A stretch of DNA of 64,000 bases from Candidatus Latescibacterota bacterium (GCA_965204745.1 OZ242010.1:2176001-2240000), one strand, 5' to 3'; counted from the stretch's first letter, positions 26,840-37,110 are shown. Program-made: numbers and translations. Notes: a model not told the origin generated them from the letters alone.

Positions 26840-28585
26840 ATGGATCAGCAGATGATGACGAATGAGGAGAATTACGCCTTTGATTTGACGGGCTATTTGC
26901 ACGTGCCGGGGGTGTTGACCCGGCCCGAAGTGGCGCGGTTGAACGAGGCGATAGATCGGATGGGGGCGCTCGAGGGGATGTTGGGATGGGAAGGCGATTT
27001 GCGCGAGCCGTTCCGCGACGTGTTGGTTCATCCCCAACTGGTGTGGTATTTGGATCAAATCGTGGGGCCTGGGTTTCGCCTGGACCGCGAACCCACAATC
27101 CTGTGCGACGAGACGTGCGATACGTCTGCGCCGCTGATGGGCGGCAATGAGCCGAGAGACCCGGCACTGGCGTATTACCACCAAAATGGGCGCCGATTTT
27201 GCGAGGGCGTGCGCGTGATTTGGGCGTTGTCAGACGTGAAGGCAGGCGATAGCGGGTTTGTGATGCTGCCGTGTACGCACAAGGCGAATGTGGAGACGCC
27301 AGCGGATGTTTTGACCGGTGTGGATGATGCGGACCATCTCTTTCAGCCCGAGTTGAAAGCGGGCGATTTGCTGATCGTGGGCCTGACGGTCGTGCAAGGG
27401 ATGCGCGCCTGGCAAGGCGAGGGGCCGCAGCGGTTGTTGTCCTACGAGTACGTGGGGCGCGGGGTGATGCGTTCCGCCGGGCCTAGCGACGCATCGAAAA
27501 CAATGCCCGTGCCCGACTGGATGGCGGAGATGCAACCCGAACAGCGCGCCTCCCTGTATCGCCCCGGGTATGGGGATACGACGCCGCCACCGACGTTGAA
27601 GACGGATGGCGAGACCGTGACATTGGACGCATCCCGCGAACTTTTTCATCCGTCCATTTTGACGAAAAATCCCGATTCGGGCATCGACGAGAAGGAATTT
27701 TACTTTTGGGATTTGAACGGGTATCTCGTATTGCGCGGGGTGATGGACGACGCGTGGCTGGCCGAGGCCAATGCGACTATCGACAAATTCGAAGATCAGA
27801 TCGTCGTCGGCGAAGAACTCGCCCGCGGGTCAAAAGCCCTCGCGGGCACGGGCAGGCCCTTGTTGAACGGGCTGATTCAGTTGCCCAAGCCCTATTGCGA
27901 TCCATTTCGGCGCATGCTCGCGCATCCGGGCGTTGAACACCGGCTCAACTGGATGGGTGGCAGTGGCGGGCGCACGGGCGGTGGCACGGCATTTTGCGCG
28001 GTGAAGGGCACGTCCGGCCATTCCCTGCACGATTCCAACGAGCCGCTCAATCCCACGCGGGGGTACGTGTATCACAATGGGCGCAGCTATTGCGAAGCCA
28101 TCACCGTGACCTGGCAGTTGCGCGACGTCGCGGAAGCAGATGGCGGGTTTGCGTGCGTGCCGGGATCACACAAGGCGTATTACCCTCTGCCCCCGGGCGT
28201 GCGCTCGTATGATGACCACATGGGCTTGGTCAAACACGTGGCGATGAAAGCGGGCGACGTGCTCTTTTTCATGGATGGCGGCACGACACACGGCACCTTG
28301 GCGTGGAAGAGCGAGATTTCGAGGCGGGGGATTTTGCACAAATACTCCTCGCGGAATTTCAATCGCAGCGGCGGGGAATTGACCCATCCAGAGAACCGCT
28401 GGGGCGATCTGGTGGCGGGCATGACAGACGCACAACTGGCCGTGATGCGCGGCCCTGACCGCGATGTTTTCGACAAGAACGTGCCGCGCCTGACCGTTGC
28501 CAACGGCGTTGTGGGGGTGTCTTACGAGCGAGGCAGTGCGTTGTACAGCAAGGACGCGCCACAAGGGCCGGTGGCAAAACGATAA
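26840..28585 (+). CDS. Tandem two-domain phytanoyl-CoA dioxygenase (PhyH)-family protein
   Basis: Two F(D/W)DLxGYL-type starts, GGFACVPGSHK, KAGD, THGTLAW. Confidence 0.8.
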   Translation: MDQQMMTNEENYAFDLTGYLHVPGVLTRPEVARLNEAIDRMGALEGMLGWEGDLREPFRDVLVHPQLVWYLDQIVGPGFRLDREPTILCDETCDTSAPLMGGNEPRDPALAYYHQNGRRFCEGVRVIWALSDVKAGDSGFVMLPCTHKANVETPADVLTGVDDADHLFQPELKAGDLLIVGLTVVQGMRAWQGEGPQRLLSYEYVGRGVMRSAGPSDASKTMPVPDWMAEMQPEQRASLYRPGYGDTTPPPTLKTDGETVTLDASRELFHPSILTKNPDSGIDEKEFYFWDLNGYLVLRGVMDDAWLAEANATIDKFEDQIVVGEELARGSKALAGTGRPLLNGLIQLPKPYCDPFRRMLAHPGVEHRLNWMGGSGGRTGGGTAFCAVKGTSGHSLHDSNEPLNPTRGYVYHNGRSYCEAITVTWQLRDVAEADGGFACVPGSHKAYYPLPPGVRSYDDHMGLVKHVAMKAGDVLFFMDGGTTHGTLAWKSEISRRGILHKYSSRNFNRSGGELTHPENRWGDLVAGMTDAQLAVMRGPDRDVFDKNVPRLTVANGVVGVSYERGSALYSKDAPQGPVAKR

Positions 28586-28686
28586 AAGTCAACTTGACAG
28601 ATCTCGACATGCGGTCTATTTTTGGCTTCGCCCGCCCTGCCGTGGCGCAGGTGGGCTGGTACTGACGACTGAATGAGGAGAACGCA

Positions 28687-29664
28687 ATGGGCATTAACGT
28701 GGGTTTTGTGGGCGCAGGCGGACGTGCGCGGTCACACATGCGCGTGCTGTCGCGCCTTGAAGATGTCGATATCGTCGCGCTTTGCGATGTCAAAGAAGAC
28801 GCGGCACAAAGCGCGGCTTCTGAATTTGGCGGCGCGGTCTATACCGATTACCGCGAGATGTTGGACAAAGAAGATTTGACGGCGATGTACGTGGTGGTGC
28901 CGACGTTTGCACACTACGACGCGGAGATTTTGGCCGCGCAACAGGGCGTCCACATGTTGTTGGAAAAACCCGTGGTGCCGACGATGGAAAAGGGCTTGGA
29001 AATTTTGGAAGCCGTGCAAACCTCGGGCGTGTTGACGTCTGTGGGCTATCAACAGCGATACACCGGCGGCGCGAAGCAGGGGCGCGAATTTTTGCGGGAT
29101 AAGGATGTGGCCATGGCGACGGCCTATCGCTGGGGCGGTTTGCCGGGCACGCCTTGGTGGCGCGTGATGGCGCAATCGGGCGGGCAAATTGTGGAGCAGA
29201 CCACGCACCAAGTCGATTTGTTGCGCTATCTCGTGGGCGAGGTGGCAGAAGTGCATGCGTATTATGCCACGCGCGCCTTGAACGATGTCGAAAATTTGGA
29301 TATTCCCGATGTGTACGCGCTGTCCTTGCAATTTGAAAATGGCGCGGTGGGCACGCTGAGTTCCACTTGCGTGCTCCGCAACGGCGGTGGCTCAAATGGG
29401 ATCGACGTGATGATGCGCGATATGCGCGCGACGGTTGGCGCGAATGGCGTGACGGTATTTCCAAGCGGCGCCGCTGAAGTGGGCGAGATGCCCGAATCCG
29501 AGGATATCGACGAGGTGTTTATGGACGCGATTCGCTCGGGCGATAGATCGGGGATTTTATCCGATTTTGAAGACGGGTTACGCAGCCTCGATATTTCCCT
29601 CGCGGCGAACAAATCCGCCGAGACAGGACAACCCGAGCGAACTTATTTTTCGCAGAATCGTTAA
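28687..29664 (+). CDS. Gfo/Idh/MocA family oxidoreductase
   Basis: GFVGAGG, EKP, SGGQIVEQTTHQVD. Confidence 0.88.
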   Translation: MGINVGFVGAGGRARSHMRVLSRLEDVDIVALCDVKEDAAQSAASEFGGAVYTDYREMLDKEDLTAMYVVVPTFAHYDAEILAAQQGVHMLLEKPVVPTMEKGLEILEAVQTSGVLTSVGYQQRYTGGAKQGREFLRDKDVAMATAYRWGGLPGTPWWRVMAQSGGQIVEQTTHQVDLLRYLVGEVAEVHAYYATRALNDVENLDIPDVYALSLQFENGAVGTLSSTCVLRNGGGSNGIDVMMRDMRATVGANGVTVFPSGAAEVGEMPESEDIDEVFMDAIRSGDRSGILSDFEDGLRSLDISLAANKSAETGQPERTYFSQNR

Positions 29665-29758
29665 AGAGGAGCAACGACCACTATCTGGTCGAACTCGCCT
29701 CCGTAACGGTGCTTCGCGCAATCGGCGCAAAGTTCCCCTATATCGAGGTTTGTAACTC

Positions 29759-31132
29759 ATGATCAGACAGATAAAAATAAAAAATTTGGGGCCAATCACG
29801 CGGGGATCCTTTGAGGTTAAACCGATCACGCTTTTTTGCGGCCCCAATAATAGCGGTAAGACCTGGGCGATGTATTCGCTGTACTACTATTTGAATTTGC
29901 AACATGAGCCGTCGCCATCACTCGGTTCCCTTACTGTTTTTAGAGATATGTACGCTTCTCTCTTTGAGAACAGCAGTGATTACACTTTCTCCGTAAAGGA
30001 GTGGGTATCAAAAAATGGGAAAACATTTATTGAGCAGGTCAATCGAATCATTCACGCCAATCTGCCCAATTTGTTTAATACTCCGTCAGAATTATTCGAG
30101 TCCTCTTATTTTTTTCTTCAGCCCGATTTGGAGAGTCTTGTTGCTGAATTGATCGAAAAAGAGGTCAATGCCTCGGTTTCTTTAGGACGAAAAAAAATTA
30201 TGCGTCTCACCAAAAAAGCGGGGCATGATTGTATTCGGCTAATCGCAGAATCAGATCGACCTCCTTACGAGATATTTGCAGACAGGATTGGTTGTCTTTT
30301 GTTGGGACTCGGTGAAGGCCGAGATGCTTTTCTGATGCCGGCAGAACGCAATGGACTGCATTTATTTTTTCGGGAATTGAGTAGTAAAAGGACCGCCCTA
30401 TTGCATCATGCTTCTCGGGAAAATATCGATATCCTGGAACTTTTGCGCGATGTCATGCGATCCCGCTATGCCATGCCTATCGCCCATTACATCGACTGGC
30501 TCAATGATATGCAAAGCATCCAAAAACGCGGAACGGGCGATTTCCACCCGTATGCGAAAAAAATAAAAAAATTGGTGTCGGGTAGCTACACTGTGGATGC
30601 GCGTACTGGCGAGATTACCTTTAAGCCCTATCAAAAAAAACGCGATGGCAAGTCAACTCAGCGGATGGGATTGCATTCGACTTCATCTGCGGTAAAGAGT
30701 TTGTTCGGTCTTTGGTTTTATTTGGAAAACCAAGCAAAAAAAGGCGATGTGCTGATGATCGATGAGCCGGAATTGAACATACACCCCGAGAACCAACGCA
30801 AGATAGCGCGAGTTTTGGCTATGTTGGTGAACGCTGGGCTAAATGTCGTGGTGAGTACACACAGCGACTATATCGTGCGAGAACTCAATTCTCTGATCAT
30901 GTTGTCTGGCGACAAGGGCAAAAAACTCCGAGAAAAATATGGCTATCAAAAGGACGAGGTTTTGTCTCACAAAAAAATTGGTGCTTATTTGTTTGACGAG
31001 CAAAAAATCACGCCGTTTGAAATTACACCTGAAGATGGCGTCTATGCCACGACTTTTGACGAGGTGATTAGGGAACTCAATACCGTAAACGACGACATTT
31101 ATTATAGCTTACAGGAAAGCAACAATGGGTAA
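29759..31132 (+). CDS. ABC-class (AAA_15/AAA_21-like) ATPase, AT-rich
   Basis: GPNNSGKT, PAERNG, SSAVKSL, IDEPELNIHP, STHS. Confidence 0.85.
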   Translation: MIRQIKIKNLGPITRGSFEVKPITLFCGPNNSGKTWAMYSLYYYLNLQHEPSPSLGSLTVFRDMYASLFENSSDYTFSVKEWVSKNGKTFIEQVNRIIHANLPNLFNTPSELFESSYFFLQPDLESLVAELIEKEVNASVSLGRKKIMRLTKKAGHDCIRLIAESDRPPYEIFADRIGCLLLGLGEGRDAFLMPAERNGLHLFFRELSSKRTALLHHASRENIDILELLRDVMRSRYAMPIAHYIDWLNDMQSIQKRGTGDFHPYAKKIKKLVSGSYTVDARTGEITFKPYQKKRDGKSTQRMGLHSTSSAVKSLFGLWFYLENQAKKGDVLMIDEPELNIHPENQRKIARVLAMLVNAGLNVVVSTHSDYIVRELNSLIMLSGDKGKKLREKYGYQKDEVLSHKKIGAYLFDEQKITPFEITPEDGVYATTFDEVIRELNTVNDDIYYSLQESNNG

Positions 31133-31712
31133 TGGAAAAACATTGTTTGATCTGTTTGATAGCACAATTGAGAAAACATTTCATCTCAAAAGAAATGGAC
31201 GGCAGTGGATTTTGACCGAAAGGGCAAAAAAAGGTACTCAACTGTCGATTATTGCTCCAAACAGATATTCGCTGGGATTCACGCTGGACGAGGCAAACTC
31301 GCCATCGGCCCAAAATCCTATGTCTTTTATCTCGGGCAATCCCCCTGAACATATAAAAAAAATGTGCGATGCTATCGTGGCCTTGACATATAGAGGTATG
31401 GGTTATCTGTTTTGCATAGAACAAAAGAGTGGGAATAAGGGAGATTACAAAAAACAACTGATGAACGGCGCGATTTTTTGTAACTGGCTTATGGCTTTAT
31501 TCAAAGCGCACAATCACTTTAACCAAAAGCCAATTTATATTGGCCTCCTCGTCTTCACGCCTAGGGCAAAGGCAACGAGAAAAGGTTTGACCTCACACAG
31601 AGAGGATGAACCTGAAGCATGTGGCCCCATCAAACCTTTTGACAAGTGTTACAGAATAGTCAATCAAAATGAAATTCGGTTGGGAGAAGTGTGTAAATTG
31701 CATCGAGAGTAA
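31125..31712 (+). CDS. Hypothetical protein, possible PD-(D/E)xK nuclease partner of the ATPase
   Basis: KMCDAIV...CIEQKS...KQL; overlaps the ATPase stop; AT-rich. Confidence 0.6.
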   Translation: MGNGKTLFDLFDSTIEKTFHLKRNGRQWILTERAKKGTQLSIIAPNRYSLGFTLDEANSPSAQNPMSFISGNPPEHIKKMCDAIVALTYRGMGYLFCIEQKSGNKGDYKKQLMNGAIFCNWLMALFKAHNHFNQKPIYIGLLVFTPRAKATRKGLTSHREDEPEACGPIKPFDKCYRIVNQNEIRLGEVCKLHRE

Positions 31713-31883
31713 CGGGGGTTTCGCGCTTCGCGCAATCGGTGCAGAGTTCCCCGACTTCATCGCCTGACCGAGGTCGGGATGCCCGCAACGTACCGATCAC
31801 ACAGTATTTTTTCGCAAGGCCCGAACCCGAGTTGGCGTTTGGGGCCCTGACAACTGTATCACCTTTATTCACCACGGTAGGCT

Positions 31884-32519
31884 ATGAGAAAGAGAATTCG
31901 AGAAGTTGGAATCGCCATTTTTTTGGCTATTTTGATTCGAGGCACGCTGGTGCAAGCGTATCACATCCCGTCTGGATCGATGGAAAATACGCTGTTGGAA
32001 GGCGATTTCGTGTTGGGCGATAAGTTGACGTTTGGCACGCAAATCCCGGACCGCGTGCCCATATTTAATAACAAATTGCCCTCGTTTCGCGTGCCGGGGT
32101 TCTCGACCCCCAAGCCGGGGGATCTGGTCATTTTTGAATTTCCCGGCGATGACTCGCGCGATTTTATTAAGCGGTGCATCGCGGCTGAAGGGCAAACCGT
32201 GGAAATCAAAAATAAAATCGTGTACGTGGATGGAAAGCGATTCGATAATCCCCAAGGCGTGAAGTACGAAGACCCCACTGTGCTGAGCAAACGGGATGGC
32301 CCGCGCGACAACTACGACCCGCGCAAGGTGCCGCCCGGGCACATTTTCGTGATGGGCGACAACCGCGACAGCAGTTACGACAGCCGATATTTTGGGATGG
32401 TGCCGATAGAGAAAGTCAAGGCGCACCCCTTGTTTATTTACTATTCGTGGGACAGCCAAAAGCCGTTGTGGAATATTTTTGAGAAAATCCGCTGGGGCAG
32501 GCTGGGGCTTTTGGATTGA
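31884..32519 (+). CDS. lepB: Signal peptidase I
   Basis: IPSGSMENTL, FIKRC, GDNRDSSYDSR. Confidence 0.93.
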   Translation: MRKRIREVGIAIFLAILIRGTLVQAYHIPSGSMENTLLEGDFVLGDKLTFGTQIPDRVPIFNNKLPSFRVPGFSTPKPGDLVIFEFPGDDSRDFIKRCIAAEGQTVEIKNKIVYVDGKRFDNPQGVKYEDPTVLSKRDGPRDNYDPRKVPPGHIFVMGDNRDSSYDSRYFGMVPIEKVKAHPLFIYYSWDSQKPLWNIFEKIRWGRLGLLD

Positions 32520-32527
32520 TGGGTACC

Positions 32528-32664
32528 TAAGAGGCAAGACGTAAGACGTAAGACGTAAGACGTAAGACGCAAGACGCAAGACGTAAGACGCAAGACGCAA
32601 GACGCAAGACGCAAGACGTAAGACGTAAGACGTAAGACGTAAGACGCAAGACGTAAGACGTAAG
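32528..32664 (+). repeat. Heptamer VNTR: TAAGAGG followed by (YAAGACG) x18
   Basis: Units counted directly from 32535 to 32660. Confidence 0.95.
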
Positions 32665-32712
32665 TGGGCAGGGTCCGAATTTGTTTGAACCAGTCTTGAG
32701 GCGAAACCGACA

Positions 32713-35607
32713 ATGCGACGAACGACATATCCAAGAAAAAGCAGTGAGGGAGAAAGATCGACGACAGGGGCTTGGTTTCTTTTTTTTGTAGCCGCTGTTT
32801 TTTGTTTTTTGACCGCGGTGCCGATCCGGGCCGCAGAGGTGGTGTTGCTCTACACGGGCGATACGCAGAGTTTTTTGGAAGTGTGTGGCTGTGCGGACAA
32901 CCAACTCGGCGGCATTGCGCGGCGGGCGACGATGGTGCGGGATTTGAGGCGGTCACATCCCGATGCGGTGTTGTTGGACGCGGGCGGCCTGTTTGCCGGC
33001 GATACGGTCTTGGATCAACTGCGATGCAAAATCCACCTAAACGCGATGAAGGCCATGCGCTACGATGTCGCCAATGCGGGGGTGGGCGAATTGCGCTTTG
33101 GGCAGGCGTTTTTTGAAACCATGCGCGATTCCGGAGGCGTGCCTTTTGCGAGTGCAAATCTGAAGGTCGATGGCGTGCGGATGGGCGCGGAAACGCGAAT
33201 TTTGAATGCGGGCGATGTGCGCGTGGGCATCGTGGGGGTGGCGGGCGAACGCGAGCTCGAAGCCCACGGCATGGCGATGGGCGCATCGCGCTTGCACCTG
33301 CCCGATGGCGTGGAGGTCGCGCTCGATGGCATCGAAGCGGCGATAGCAAAGGCGAGTCGCGCCGCCGATCTCGTGGTGGTGTTGAGCGATTTGGACCGCG
33401 ACTCAGAACGCGAGCTCATCCGGCAAAACGCGGAGATAGATGTGGTGATCAGCACGCGGTCAAATGAGACCGCGCAACGGGTCGGCAACGCGCTGTTGCT
33501 GGGGACACAGGCGCAGGGCAAGGCGATAGGGCAGGCGGTATTGACACTGGAAACCGGGCGCGTGACAGCCGAACGGGTCAAGCCCATCCTCCTCTCGGAA
33601 GCCATTGCCGAAGACCGCGCGATCAAACAACTCGTGGATGGCTTTTACACTCAGGTGGCGCAAACCGCAACGTTGCAACAGACCGCACGCCCCCGGTTTG
33701 CGGGCTTCGCGTTGGAGGATCAACTCGCCTTGGGCACCAACCGCTACGTGGGCGCAGAGGCGTGCGCCGGATGCCACACCGCAGAGGCCGAGGATTGGGA
33801 ACACTCGCATCACGCGGGGGCGTTTAACCGGCTGTTGCAGCAACAAAAACACTATCAGCCCGATTGCGTGACGTGCCATACCACCGGGTTCGGCTATCCA
33901 ACCGGCTTTCGGATCGGCAAAGATGTGCTGACCCATGTGCAGTGCGAAGTGTGTCACGGGCCGGGAGAGCGACACGCGCGCCGGCCCGAAGCGCGGAATA
34001 TCCGGCGCACCCCGCCGCCCGAGTTGTGCCAACGCTGTCACGATGCCGACCAAACGCCGGATTTTGATGTGCGATTTCCGCAGATGCTGGCCGAGGTGAA
34101 CCACACCGGATCGCACGCCGAATCCCACGCACCTGCCGAGCAAGAGGAACTCGGCCGAGAGGGTCGGCCGCTGGTCGAGTTGTTCGTCATGGCAGATTGC
34201 CCTTATGGCATCCGCGCAGAACAAAATTTGGGGCAGATGTTTCACGCCTTGCGGGATCAGATCAATTTTCAACTGTATTTTATCGCAGAGGAAGCGGAGA
34301 ACGGGGAGGCCGAGGTCGTGCGTGCGCCGGTCAATCCCATGCCGTCGGGCCCAGGATGTCAGGCGACGACCGCGACTGGCACCGGGCGTTTTCGCAGTTT
34401 GCACGGCGATGTGGAAGTGGCCGAGGGCATCCGGCAAACAGCGGTGATGTCATTGTATCCCGAGCGGTTTTGGGATTATATCCTCTGCCGCAATCAGGCG
34501 GGGATCGCGACCGAGTGGCGCGGTTGTGCAACGCAGGTGGGGATGGATGCAGACAAAATCGCCGCGCTGGCCGAAAGTGCCGCGGGCGAGGATTTGTTTG
34601 CCGAGAATATCCGCCGCGCCAATGTGTTGGGCGTCCAAGCGTCGCCCACGTTGCGCGTAAATGGGCGTGCCGTGAATGCGTCTCTTGATGCGGGGGCCAT
34701 AGCGCAAGTGCTTTGTCGCAATGGCGATGCCCTGCGGTTTTGCGCGGATGTTCCCGCGTGCCGTGCGGATGTGGATTGCGCGCAACCGGGCAAAGTGGGC
34801 GTGTGTCGCAAAGGTGGAACGCCCGAGGCGCGTTGCGAATTTTTGGATCCGGTGTCGTTTCAAGCCACGATTCTCAATGACGCGACCTGTGAGGTGTGCG
34901 ACACGTACGCGCTGATTCGATCCACCCTGTCCCTGTTTCCCGGCGCGACGTTTCAAACCGTGGATGTGAACAGTTGGGCGGGGCAAAATTTGATTTCGCG
35001 CTATGGCCTAGACCGCGTGCCGGCTACCGTGCTGATGGAGGGCTTTGAAAAGACGGCCCGGTTTGGGCAATACGCCCATCTCATGCAGCGCGTTGGCGAT
35101 CAGTTCGTGCCCTCTGTGCGATTGAACCCGGTGACGCGGCTGTTGCGCGGCCGGGAGTTGGCGGGTATGGATTTGTTTTTGGATGTGGAATCGCGCACGT
35201 CTTTGGACATCGCCGCGCGCTTGTTGGACTGGATAAAAAAGGTCGATGCGCCTGCGCGCTTGCGCTTGCACTTCGCGGGCGATAGCGAGCAAAACGCGCT
35301 GTTTCGACAGGCGCAACAGGTCGCGCCAAACCGAGTCGGCGACGCGTTGTTGTGCCATTATCAAAAGCGGGCTTCTGCGGCGGACTGCATCGGTCAAGCG
35401 GGCATTGCCGGGCAGGGGCGAGACGATCACGCAGCCGTTCTCGCGCTGGCGCAAGCGCTCGGGGTGTCGTCTATCGTGCCCGCAGTGGTGATCGATGGTG
35501 GTTTTGTGGTGCAAGCCAATGGGCTCAAGCAGGTGGAAGCGGTCTTTTACAGCCTGCATCCCGAAGTCGTCCAACGCGACAGGAATTTGTTATCCGACAC
35601 CAACTGA
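32713..35607 (+). CDS. Exported fusion: 5'-nucleotidase/metallophosphatase-like domain + tetraheme cytochrome c (c554-like) + thioredoxin-like domains
   Basis: CGC..QLGG, LLDAG; four CxxCH motifs (CAGCH, CVTCH, CEVCH, CQRCH); LFVMADCPYG, SLHG, SPTL. Confidence 0.75.
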   Translation: MRRTTYPRKSSEGERSTTGAWFLFFVAAVFCFLTAVPIRAAEVVLLYTGDTQSFLEVCGCADNQLGGIARRATMVRDLRRSHPDAVLLDAGGLFAGDTVLDQLRCKIHLNAMKAMRYDVANAGVGELRFGQAFFETMRDSGGVPFASANLKVDGVRMGAETRILNAGDVRVGIVGVAGERELEAHGMAMGASRLHLPDGVEVALDGIEAAIAKASRAADLVVVLSDLDRDSERELIRQNAEIDVVISTRSNETAQRVGNALLLGTQAQGKAIGQAVLTLETGRVTAERVKPILLSEAIAEDRAIKQLVDGFYTQVAQTATLQQTARPRFAGFALEDQLALGTNRYVGAEACAGCHTAEAEDWEHSHHAGAFNRLLQQQKHYQPDCVTCHTTGFGYPTGFRIGKDVLTHVQCEVCHGPGERHARRPEARNIRRTPPPELCQRCHDADQTPDFDVRFPQMLAEVNHTGSHAESHAPAEQEELGREGRPLVELFVMADCPYGIRAEQNLGQMFHALRDQINFQLYFIAEEAENGEAEVVRAPVNPMPSGPGCQATTATGTGRFRSLHGDVEVAEGIRQTAVMSLYPERFWDYILCRNQAGIATEWRGCATQVGMDADKIAALAESAAGEDLFAENIRRANVLGVQASPTLRVNGRAVNASLDAGAIAQVLCRNGDALRFCADVPACRADVDCAQPGKVGVCRKGGTPEARCEFLDPVSFQATILNDATCEVCDTYALIRSTLSLFPGATFQTVDVNSWAGQNLISRYGLDRVPATVLMEGFEKTARFGQYAHLMQRVGDQFVPSVRLNPVTRLLRGRELAGMDLFLDVESRTSLDIAARLLDWIKKVDAPARLRLHFAGDSEQNALFRQAQQVAPNRVGDALLCHYQKRASAADCIGQAGIAGQGRDDHAAVLALAQALGVSSIVPAVVIDGGFVVQANGLKQVEAVFYSLHPEVVQRDRNLLSDTN

Positions 35608-35625
35608 CCTCATGGAGGAACGATT

Positions 35626-36249
35626 ATGACCGCCTTGAAGAGAATCGGATTCGGCCCATTGTTTTGCGCGTTCGCGCTGTGTGGCCTGCTCGCGGCTTTG
35701 GGGTGTAAGCCGATTCCCACGGCCCCCACTGCGGATGATGACGTTTTCGACGGGCTTTCGTATTTCAACGAACAATGGAAGTTTCAAATCAGCCGTCCAG
35801 ACAGCCAGTGGGGGATTCAGGTCTCGACGGACAACCTCAACCGAGATAGCAATGGTTTGTACCCCGTGACCGTACGCATTTTCAGCCCCAGGACATCAGA
35901 TGAATTCCGCCCGTACTTCTACTTTTTTCCTCGGGCATTGCAAACCAATACGCCGCTGGATTCGCTCATCGTGAATTTTGAAGAGCAACAGTTAATGCTG
36001 GCATTTGATCGATATCGGGTCGTTGGTGAAAAACAGCGCGTGCAACTCGAGACGGGCGAGGCGATGCAGTGGGAGTTTCGCTATTCCCAACTGGAACGAT
36101 CCAACCAGCGATTTCCCGGCAACCGTTTTTTCGCCGCCGTGGCCCGCCACAATCAGGTGGGGTATTACATGATCGGCAATGGCAGCCGAGACGCTATCTA
36201 TCCGGTCGACGCATACCGGCAGATCGTCGCCAGCTTGGAATTTCGATAG
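35626..36249 (+). CDS. Putative lipoprotein
   Basis: Signal peptide with ALGC lipobox; GGAGG RBS. Confidence 0.7.
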   Translation: MTALKRIGFGPLFCAFALCGLLAALGCKPIPTAPTADDDVFDGLSYFNEQWKFQISRPDSQWGIQVSTDNLNRDSNGLYPVTVRIFSPRTSDEFRPYFYFFPRALQTNTPLDSLIVNFEEQQLMLAFDRYRVVGEKQRVQLETGEAMQWEFRYSQLERSNQRFPGNRFFAAVARHNQVGYYMIGNGSRDAIYPVDAYRQIVASLEFR

Positions 36250-36333
36250 ACGCCGCACCCCGTCCTGTTCCCCCTCGGCCTTCCTTTAACGAGGGTTCTG
36301 CGCGGTTTTTTGTGAACCAATAATAGGTTGAGC

Positions 36334-37110
36334 ATGCCCAAAAATCCATTCTGGGAATTTGATCGCGTTCTCCCATCCGAAAAGACGGCCGAAAAGCGCG
36401 TCAGCGGCTCGTTATCCACAACGCGCAATCCGTTCGGAGAATTTGCCGAAAGTGCAACCGAAAAGCGCGGTCTGCCCATGGATGAGATTTTGGCGTCTCA
36501 CGCCTCGGCAATGGGTCGCTTGACAGACGCCTATCGCGCATTGGTTGCCGAATGCATGGGCGAGGGGTTGTGGCAAGCCAATCGCAAGACCATTGAAATG
36601 ACCTATCGCACCGCGTCGCGGATCGTGCGCGAGATCGATTGGGAAATGGCCGACATCGAAGCGTTTTGCACGCATGCCTTGCAAAGCGATGATGCGGCTT
36701 TTTTTGTGATCGAACCCCTCGGCCTGTTCCTGTCGGCCTTTTGCAACGCATCTTCCCAAGCGGAAATTCGCCTCGAGCTCACAGGTTGCGATTTGCGCTT
36801 GTCCCTGATGGGCTATCGCCTCCGCCATGGCGCCTCGCTCACTATCGCGGGCGATTTGGGCGACCTGACGGGCATTTCGCTCATGGGCGGCCACTTAAAA
36901 ATCGAGGGCGATGTGGGTCACTATCTCGGCGCGGGAATGACCGCCGGGCGGATCGAAGTATCGGGCAATGCCGGCAAATCTATCGGCGAGCAGATGACGG
37001 GTGGCGAAATTCACATCAACGGGCGATTGGGCGGCATCGGCCACGCCGAAGGGGGCGCGGTTTATCACCGTCAACACGCGCTCAGAGGAACGGGGATTAC
37101 TGACTCATGA
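36334..37110 (+). CDS. Protein with C-terminal GXGXG beta-helix (FwdC/GltB-C-like); start uncertain
   Basis: Repeats of IxGDxGxxxGxxMxGG. Confidence 0.7.
   Translation: MPKNPFWEFDRVLPSEKTAEKRVSGSLSTTRNPFGEFAESATEKRGLPMDEILASHASAMGRLTDAYRALVAECMGEGLWQANRKTIEMTYRTASRIVREIDWEMADIEAFCTHALQSDDAAFFVIEPLGLFLSAFCNASSQAEIRLELTGCDLRLSLMGYRLRHGASLTIAGDLGDLTGISLMGGHLKIEGDVGHYLGAGMTAGRIEVSGNAGKSIGEQMTGGEIHINGRLGGIGHAEGGAVYHRQHALRGTGITDS

Noticed and set aside
29703-31752. Integron attC sites around the ATPase cassette
   Set aside because: No convincing RYYYAAC...GTTRRRY palindrome and no integrase; reported only as direct repeats.
32528-32664. Possible CRISPR array
   Set aside because: Contiguous 7-bp units with no unique spacers, and no cas genes in the window.
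32884-32892. Selenocysteine recoding at the CGC motif
   Set aside because: Both codons are TGT; there is no in-frame TGA.
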